Shown piece after piece: positions 1 to 3,799 of a DNA stretch of 3,799 nucleotides. Positions within the stretch are counted from its first letter, which is position 1, and each line of letters starts with the position of its first letter. The notes beneath the pieces are model-generated. The model saw only the letters and a list, made by a program, of their open reading frames with translations. It was not told the origin of the DNA and did not search any database. The position numbers and the translations under genes were made by a program. The stretch lies in IMG/VR virus record IMGVR_UViG_2654587540_000009, positions 1 to 3,799 of that record. One strand, 5' to 3'. The DNA comes from a virus. Its lineage: Duplodnaviria > Heunggongvirae > Uroviricota > Caudoviricetes.

Positions 1-37
1 ATGCCATTTGCTCGTTATTTCTGCATTTTCATAAACG
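1..37. repeat. Left arm of an exact 37-bp inverted repeat (partner 3179..3215); includes the outer half of crossover site A
   Basis: Reverse complement of 3179..3215 (cgtttatgaaaatgcagaaataacgagcaaatggcat) equals 1..37 (atgccatttgctcgttatttctgcattttcataaacg), 37/37. May extend left of the window. Confidence 0.95.
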
Positions 38-576
38 TTGGTTTGGGAGAAGGTTCGGCATTACCCGTTGGCGTGCCTGTTCCGTGGCCTTCCGCCACTC
101 CGCCAACAGGCTGGCTGAAATGCAACGGTGCCGCTTTTTCTGCTGAAGAATACCCGCAACTGGCAAAGGCTTATCCGACAAATAAATTGCCTGATTTACG
201 TGGTGAGTTTATTCGTGGCTGGGATGACGGGCGTGGTGTGGATGCGGGACGTGCCTTGCTAAGTCTTCAGGATGACTCTTTTGAAGCGCACAGGCATGAG
301 TCCTTTTTTTACGCGGGTATTTCTCGCAATGAAATACCATTAAAAAATCTTCCAAGTTCAGACGAGATGCTGACTTTAAGTTCTACAACTAATGCCTTGT
401 CCCCGGACGGTATTGATGCCACTAATTCGTTAATTGGTAATGATGATTACAACTGTCTGATTGAAGGAAATAAAAATAACAAACGAACAGCGACGGGGTT
501 GAGTACCAGTATTGTCGGTGCAGCAGAGACACGCCCACGTAATATTTCATTTAATTACATTGTGAGGGCTGCATGA
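1..576 (+). CDS. Side-tail-fibre C-terminal receptor-binding cassette (Sv-like), possibly 5'-partial; joined to crossover site A
   Basis: Translation ...NVGLGEGSALPVGVPVPWPSATPPTGW...RNISFNYIVRAA matches the C-terminal region of lambdoid side-tail-fibre proteins as I recall them (...PWPS... and ...FNYIVR.A ending). The frame is open from nt 1, and the first 12 codons (MPFARYFCIFIN) lie in the 37-bp repeat arm and are not fibre-like. ATGA overlap with the downstream tfa at 573..576. Confidence 0.8.
   Translation: MPFARYFCIFINVGLGEGSALPVGVPVPWPSATPPTGWLKCNGAAFSAEEYPQLAKAYPTNKLPDLRGEFIRGWDDGRGVDAGRALLSLQDDSFEAHRHESFFYAGISRNEIPLKNLPSSDEMLTLSSTTNALSPDGIDATNSLIGNDDYNCLIEGNKNNKRTATGLSTSIVGAAETRPRNISFNYIVRAA
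26..51. other. Crossover site A (gix/pix/hix-like 26-bp recombination site), core dinucleotide 38..39
   Basis: ttttcataaacg|tt|ggtttgggagaa has two 12-bp half sites of the form TTnnnnnAAAC(C/G) and GGTTTnnnnnAA around a 2-bp core, as in Gin/Hin/Cin crossover sites (gix is TTCCTGTAAACC-GA-GGTTTTGGATAA as recalled). Encodes I-F-I-N-V-G-L-G-E in the fibre frame. Confidence 0.8.
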
Positions 577-1178
577 TGTATAACGCCATCTTGAATAGTA
601 AATTTATTGCCACAAAGGCAGGAGAGATTACCGTTTATAACTATGACAGTGAGACACGGGAGTATATTTCTGCATCAACTGAATATCTTGCTGTGGGTGT
701 CGGTATCCCTGCATATTCCTGTTTAGATGCTCCTGGCACACATAAGGCTGGTTATGCAATCTGCCGTTCGGCAGATTTAAACTCATGGGAATATGTGTCA
801 GACCATCGCGGTGAAATCATCTATAGCACCGAAACAGGAGAATCGAAAGAAATCACAGCTCCGGGTGATTATCCTGAAAATACAACCACTATCGCCCCGT
901 TAACGCCATACGATGAATGGGATGGTGAGAAATGGGTAACAGATACTGTGGCACAGCATAGCGCCGCAGTAGGCGCGGCAGAAGCACAGCGTCAGTCACT
1001 GATTGATACTGCAATGGCTTCCATTAGTCTGATTCAGCTGAAATTGCAGGCCGGACGGAATCTGACGCAGGCAGAAACCGCCCGACTTAACGCTGCGCTG
1101 GATTACATTGACGCGGTGACGGCAACAGATACCAGCACCGCGCCGGATGTCATCTGGCCTGAACTGCCGGAGGCGTAG
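573..1178 (+). CDS. tfa: Tail fibre assembly protein (Tfa / Mu U-like chaperone)
   Basis: 201 aa. C-terminus ...DYIDAVTATDTSTAPDVIWPELPEA resembles the conserved Tfa C-terminus (lambda Tfa ends ...VDTSTAPDIEWPAVP as recalled). GAGGG Shine-Dalgarno at 564..568; start overlaps the fibre stop (ATGA). Confidence 0.85.
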   Translation: MMYNAILNSKFIATKAGEITVYNYDSETREYISASTEYLAVGVGIPAYSCLDAPGTHKAGYAICRSADLNSWEYVSDHRGEIIYSTETGESKEITAPGDYPENTTTIAPLTPYDEWDGEKWVTDTVAQHSAAVGAAEAQRQSLIDTAMASISLIQLKLQAGRNLTQAETARLNAALDYIDAVTATDTSTAPDVIWPELPEA

Positions 1179-1593
1179 GCCATTCAATATCTGGCGCACC
1201 GGAAGTATCGACCAGTTCCAGTGCGTCCAGATAATCCAGCCACAAATTATATTGCGCCAGTTCCTCACCTTTCAGACGACCAATAGCGGCTTTACCGGGC
1301 CATTGCTTACTGTTCATGTATTCGTTGGCTTGGTTAATTAGTAGCTGTCTTTCTGATTCAGTAATTTCAATAAGCTCTTCATGCGTGGGTGGAGGAATAT
1401 CTGCCCACGCAGGCAGCCCATCATCTCCGGCAATACGGATTTTTCCTTGTAGCGGTTCAGCCATAAACTCACTGATAATATTTTGATTTACTTCCTTAGC
1501 GTCTGATAAATCCCATCCCTCTGATTTATATTTATCAATCATATCCACAGGGAAAAAAGCATTATGCCTTGCGCTATAAACATATTCGTTCAT
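1150..1593 (-). CDS. tfa: Tail fibre assembly protein, second type (Tfa'), cognate to the minus-strand fibre
   Basis: C-terminus ...LDYLDALELVDTSGAPDIEWPTPPAVQAR carries the same Tfa motif. I place the start at the ATG 1591..1593 (MNEYVYSARH...); the track's GTG at 1600..1602 sits inside the AGGGTG Shine-Dalgarno-like sequence. The 3' end overlaps the plus-strand tfa by 29 bp (1150..1178), convergently. Confidence 0.8.
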   Translation of the reverse strand: MNEYVYSARHNAFFPVDMIDKYKSEGWDLSDAKEVNQNIISEFMAEPLQGKIRIAGDDGLPAWADIPPPTHEELIEITESERQLLINQANEYMNSKQWPGKAAIGRLKGEELAQYNLWLDYLDALELVDTSGAPDIEWPTPPAVQAR

Positions 1594-1613
1594 ATAAATC
1601 ACCCTGAATAAAA

Positions 1614-2276
1614 TTACTCACCAACAGCCCACCAACTGTAATTCATCGATACCGTGTCGCTGGTTGATGACGTTCTGTAAGCAGAATTAAAGCCGGTTAA
1701 CGTTGGGCCTTCTGCAGTCATCACGAACCCTCGCCCAGCGCCTAAAGGCGCACCGCCATCACCAGAATGAGTAAGCATGGCGCAGTCCGCTTTTTTGGGG
1801 AAAGGGATGCTGAATGTAATTCTCATTGTTTGCGTCGATAATGTCGGCGTAACCGCACCACGACCATATTGCAGGATTTTCCCGTTGGGTAATTTCATCC
1901 ATCCATCACCACTGGCAAAAGAGGCCATGTCCGGTATCTGATTTTCCCCTGTCCCCACATCCCGTTTTGCCGCTTCTCCCAAACCAAGGTTTTCGAGAGC
2001 CGTTTTCACCGTGCCATCCGATTTGATATCACCAAACGGATTCTTGCGGCTTAACAGCAGAGCACGAAGCGCGGTAAGCAACTGGTCGTTTCGCCCCTTC
2101 TCCAGGCTGGCACCGGATGCCTCCACCACGCTGCAAAGCTCCTCCTGCAACATATCAAAGTAGTCATCATCCAGATCGGTGGCAGGTGTGCCGGTCTGGG
2201 GGTTACCACGGGTAAAACCGTTCTTACCCGCGCCGAACTTATCCTTCTGCGCGGTTTTCGTGTCTATACGATGCAT
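1614..2276 (-). CDS. Tail fibre protein, 220 aa, with its own start; N-terminal ~96 aa outside and C-terminal ~123 aa inside the A-B invertible segment
   Basis: ATG at 2274..2276 preceded by GGAG (minus strand, 6-nt spacer) and an in-frame stop immediately upstream. C-terminal part contains ...[19 protein letters not shown]..., resembling the G-W-x-K-L-P-x-G-x-I-x-Q-x-G motif of phage fibre receptor-binding domains. Codons 93..101 (ALENLGLGE) are encoded by crossover site B. Confidence 0.8.
   Translation of the reverse strand: MHRIDTKTAQKDKFGAGKNGFTRGNPQTGTPATDLDDDYFDMLQEELCSVVEASGASLEKGRNDQLLTALRALLLSRKNPFGDIKSDGTVKTALENLGLGEAAKRDVGTGENQIPDMASFASGDGWMKLPNGKILQYGRGAVTPTLSTQTMRITFSIPFPKKADCAMLTHSGDGGAPLGAGRGFVMTAEGPTLTGFNSAYRTSSTSDTVSMNYSWWAVGE
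1974..1999. other. Crossover site B (internal, inverted relative to A), core 1986..1987, inside the minus-strand fibre gene
   Basis: ttctcccaaacc|aa|ggttttcgagag. The first 14 nt are identical to the reverse complement of A positions 38..51 (core plus inner half); the outer half fits the consensus but differs from A. Encodes A-L-E-N-L-G-L-G-E on the minus strand, with the core in the same codon phase as in A. Confidence 0.75.
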
Positions 2277-2328
2277 GGATTACTCCGGATATTTAAAAAT
2301 TACGTAGGTATGCGACGGGCAGAGTTTG
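2277..2328 (-). promoter_or_regulatory. AT-rich intergenic region with ribosome-binding site (and possibly a promoter) for the minus-strand fibre gene
   Basis: GGAG Shine-Dalgarno complement at about 2283..2286. AT-rich stretch (atatttaaaaattacgtagg) between the GC-rich block and the fibre start. No convincing -35/-10 pair could be fixed by eye. Confidence 0.25.
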
Positions 2329-2646
2329 TTAAGCACACACTCGACAACGGTGTCGCCCCAGATAACCATCACGCAGCAGGAACGAACGCAACTCCGCGGT
2401 GATGGCAGCCCGTATTTCCGGTGTGTCCGGCGTCACACGGATATGAAAATCCACCGTATGTGCCACCGGCCTGAACACATACAAATCAGAGCCTGCCACC
2501 GGGGCCAGTGGCCCGATATGTTGTCTTGCCGCCGTTTCCGTTGATTCTTCCGGAATGGGATTAATCAGGTCACTGCTGGCAATCATCACACCGACAGTCC
2601 CCGTTCCCATCCAGTGTCGGTATGTCCATGCGCGGGTAGAAGTCAC
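2329..2646 (-). CDS. Hypothetical phage protein (105 aa), possibly a frameshifted continuation of the upstream gp10-like ORF or a tail-completion remnant
   Basis: ORF in a GC-rich block where the opposite strand translates to Arg/His/Pro-rich antisense-like peptides. Overlaps the upstream ORF by 77 nt in a different frame. No recognisable motif. Confidence 0.2.
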
Positions 2647-2938
2647 CAGAGATCATCCGGTTCCCCTTCCCGTTGCGCTGGTTAGGGGCAATGCGTGTCA
2701 TAAAACCGGCTCGCTTTTTACTGGCTCTCGGCACCATGTAACCAATCGAACGAGCCAGGCGTCCGGTCTGATAACCGGGGTTTTCACCCGGTGCCGACCG
2801 CGCACGGCGCATCACCAGCCGACGGGCATCACGCATATGACGCTGACCAATCGTGACAAACGCCCGCCGGACACGGGCGCGGTTAAAGCGCATCTCCGCG
2901 GGCTGCTGAAAATCAACGTGCAAAAAGGAAGTCGTCAT
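2570..2938 (-). CDS. HK97 gp10-like head-tail joining / tail-component protein (possibly truncated or pseudogenised)
   Basis: Segment ...RRARSAPGENPGYQTGRLARSIGY... resembles the A-P-x-x-T-G-x-L-R-x-S-I core I recall for the HK97 gp10-like family; the expected downstream Y-A-x-x-V-E-F-G-T part is missing in this frame. The 26-nt overlap with the upstream adaptor-like ORF is typical of phage morphogenesis operons. Confidence 0.3.
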   Translation of the reverse strand: MTTSFLHVDFQQPAEMRFNRARVRRAFVTIGQRHMRDARRLVMRRARSAPGENPGYQTGRLARSIGYMVPRASKKRAGFMTRIAPNQRNGKGNRMISGDFYPRMDIPTLDGNGDCRCDDCQQ

Positions 2939-3168
2939 TGTTGCCTCCGTGACTCTGCCTACATTCGCCCAGCTCCGTACACTCCAGCAGCAGAAAGCGC
3001 CGCGCCCCGTTCAGATCGCGCTGACGTTTCACCCGGTACACACTGTCACCGCAGACCACCTCATAATCAGCGGTGATCCCCCGGCGGTAACGAATGGTGA
3101 TGTAATGGGTGATGGCGTCCCCGGTCTGCGCGGTTTCCTGCCAGGTGGTGGCACTGGTCTGGATAACC
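2913..3168 (-). CDS. Phage head-tail adaptor (head-tail joining) protein-like ORF; 5' end runs into the N gap, so partial
   Basis: ...THYITIRYRRGITADYEVVCGDSVYRVKRQRDLNGARRFLLLECTEL matches the I-T-I-R-Y-R ... L-L-C-x-E C-terminal signature I recall for head-tail adaptor proteins of HK97-like siphophages. The track's ORF continues through the Ns into the repeat arm (MMPFARYFCIFIN), but reading frame across the gap is unverifiable. Confidence 0.35.
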
Positions 3169-3190
3169 NNNNNNNNNNCGTTTATGAAAA
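3165..3190. other. Crossover site C (invertase-proximal); only the outer half 3179..3190 is readable, core and inner half fall in the N run
   Basis: cgtttatgaaaa at 3179..3190 is the exact reverse complement of A's outer half (26..37). By analogy with Mu and P1 the invertase gene lies immediately beside one crossover site. Exact extent depends on the true gap length. Confidence 0.55.
3169..3178. other. Run of 10 N (assembly gap or masked bases) at the predicted core of crossover site C
   Basis: Ten consecutive n characters in the sequence; true length and content unknown. Confidence 0.99.
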
Positions 3191-3215
3191 TGCAGAAATA
3201 ACGAGCAAATGGCAT
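3179..3215. repeat. Right arm of the 37-bp inverted repeat; includes the outer half of crossover site C, 29 bp upstream of the pin start
   Basis: Exact reverse complement of 1..37. Homology on the inner side cannot be assessed because 3169..3178 are N. Confidence 0.95.
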
Positions 3216-3244
3216 CATTCCTGCTTTTGTCAGGGGGATCTACC

Positions 3245-3799
3245 ATGCTTATTGGCTATGTACGCGTATCAACAAATGACCAGAACACAGATCTACAACG
3301 TAATGCGCTGAACTGTGCAGGATGCGAGCTGATTTTTGAAGACAAGATAAGCGGCACAAAGTCCGAAAGGCCGGGACTGAAAAAACTGCTCAGGACATTA
3401 TCGGCAGGTGACACTCTGGTTGTCTGGAAGCTGGATCGGCTGGGGCGTAGTATGCGGCATCTTGTCGTGTTGGTGGAGGAGTTGCGCGAACGAGGCATCA
3501 ACTTTCGTAGTCTGACGGATTCAATTGATACCAGCACACCAATGGGGCGTTTTTTCTTTCATGTGATGGGGGCCTTGGCTGAAATGGAACGAGAACTGAT
3601 TGTTGAACGAACAAAAGCTGGACTGGAAGCTGCTCGCGCACAGGGACGAATTGGTGGACGTCGTCCCAAACTTACACCAGAACAATGGGAACAGGCCGGA
3701 CGATTAATTGCATCAGGAGTTCCTCGCCAGAAGGTGGCGATCATCTATGATGTTGGTATATCGACACTGTATAAGAAGTTTCCGGTCGGAGATAAATGA
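3245..3799 (+). CDS. pin: Serine DNA invertase, Pin/Gin/Cin/Hin family (184 aa)
   Basis: MLIGYVRVSTNDQNTDLQRNA... N-terminus with the catalytic Ser in the VRVST motif, ...VVWKLDRLGRS... resolvase-fold core and a C-terminal helix-turn-helix (...QKVAIIYDVGISTLYKKF...). Closely resembles e14 Pin as I remember it. GGGGGA Shine-Dalgarno at 3233..3238. The upstream in-frame ATG at 3209 would add a non-conserved 12-aa extension and lies inside the repeat arm, so 3245 is preferred. Confidence 0.95.
   Translation: MLIGYVRVSTNDQNTDLQRNALNCAGCELIFEDKISGTKSERPGLKKLLRTLSAGDTLVVWKLDRLGRSMRHLVVLVEELRERGINFRSLTDSIDTSTPMGRFFFHVMGALAEMERELIVERTKAGLEAARAQGRIGGRRPKLTPEQWEQAGRLIASGVPRQKVAIIYDVGISTLYKKFPVGDK

Larger units (their letters stand above)
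1..3799. mobile_element. Prophage-derived tail-fibre inversion module (e14 / Mu G / P1 C type): invertible fibre cassettes with tfa genes, head-tail gene remnants and adjacent Pin-family invertase; probably the edge of a defective prophage
   Basis: Gene content read from the six-frame track: two tail-fibre C-terminal domains, two tail-fibre assembly proteins, head-tail joining-like ORFs and a serine invertase. Inverted repeats and crossover-type sites were found by eye. Confidence 0.6.

Noticed and set aside
996-1341. ORFs 996..1268 (-) and 1147..1341 (+) overlapping the tfa genes
   Set aside because: Antisense to well-supported tfa genes, with low-complexity Arg/Trp/Cys-rich translations and no start context.
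1600-1602. GTG at 1600..1602 as the minus-strand tfa start (track ORF 1150..1602)
   Set aside because: That GTG is part of the AGGGTG Shine-Dalgarno-like sequence; the ATG at 1591..1593 has better spacing.
1691-1716. Palindromic ggttaacgttgg resembling the aaacg-tt-gg centre of site A
   Set aside because: Flanking 12-bp halves do not match the half-site consensus.
1-2276. Diversity-generating retroelement as the source of fibre variability
   Set aside because: No reverse transcriptase ORF and no template/variable repeat pair. Variability here is explained by cassette inversion with a serine invertase.
2696-2721. Possible fourth crossover site (tgtcataaaacc|gg|ctcgctttttac)
   Set aside because: Only the left half resembles a half-site; the right half lacks the GGTTT element. 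Probably chance, though a degenerate remnant cannot be excluded.
2555-3076. Plus-strand ORFs in the GC-rich block (2326..2544, 2555..3076, 2949..3311)
   Set aside because: Translations are Arg/His/Pro/Cys-rich with no motifs, typical of the antisense strand of GC-rich coding DNA. The minus strand carries the recognisable phage motifs.
3209-3244. Upstream ATG at 3209 as the pin start (MASFLLLSGGST extension)
   Set aside because: Serine invertases of this family begin at MLIGYVRVST, the Shine-Dalgarno GGGGGA is positioned for the 3245 ATG, and the 3209 ATG lies within the inverted-repeat arm.
3256-3744. Minus-strand ORFs 3256..3537 and 3559..3744 inside pin
   Set aside because: Antisense to the clearly conserved invertase gene; Ser/Arg-rich junk.
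1-3799. CRISPR array, tRNA or rRNA genes, insertion sequence or transposase
   Set aside because: No spaced direct repeats, no cloverleaf-capable segments and no transposase-like ORF. The only recombinase is the Pin-type invertase.

Overview
This window is the tail-fibre switching end of an e14 / Mu G / P1 C-type prophage, probably defective and enterobacterial. It holds two convergent pairs of tail-fibre C-terminal cassette plus tail-fibre-assembly (tfa) gene (1..1178 on +, 1150..2276 on -), a GC-rich block of head-tail joining gene remnants on the - strand (2329..3168), a 10-N gap (3169..3178), and a Pin/Gin/Cin-family serine DNA invertase gene (3245..3799). The main observation is that there appear to be three Gin/Hin-type 26-bp crossover sites, not two: A at 26..51, an internal B at 1974..1999 inside the minus-strand fibre gene, and an invertase-proximal C at about 3165..3190 whose core is hidden by the N run. 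The outer flank of C is an exact 37-bp inverted copy of 1..37. B shares an identical 14-bp core plus inner half with A, and both encode GLGE in the fibre frame, so A x B inversion would swap the fibre C-terminal domain and its chaperone in frame. GC content jumps at site B, which suggests a mosaic junction. All family assignments are from reading the translations and from memory; no database search was run.
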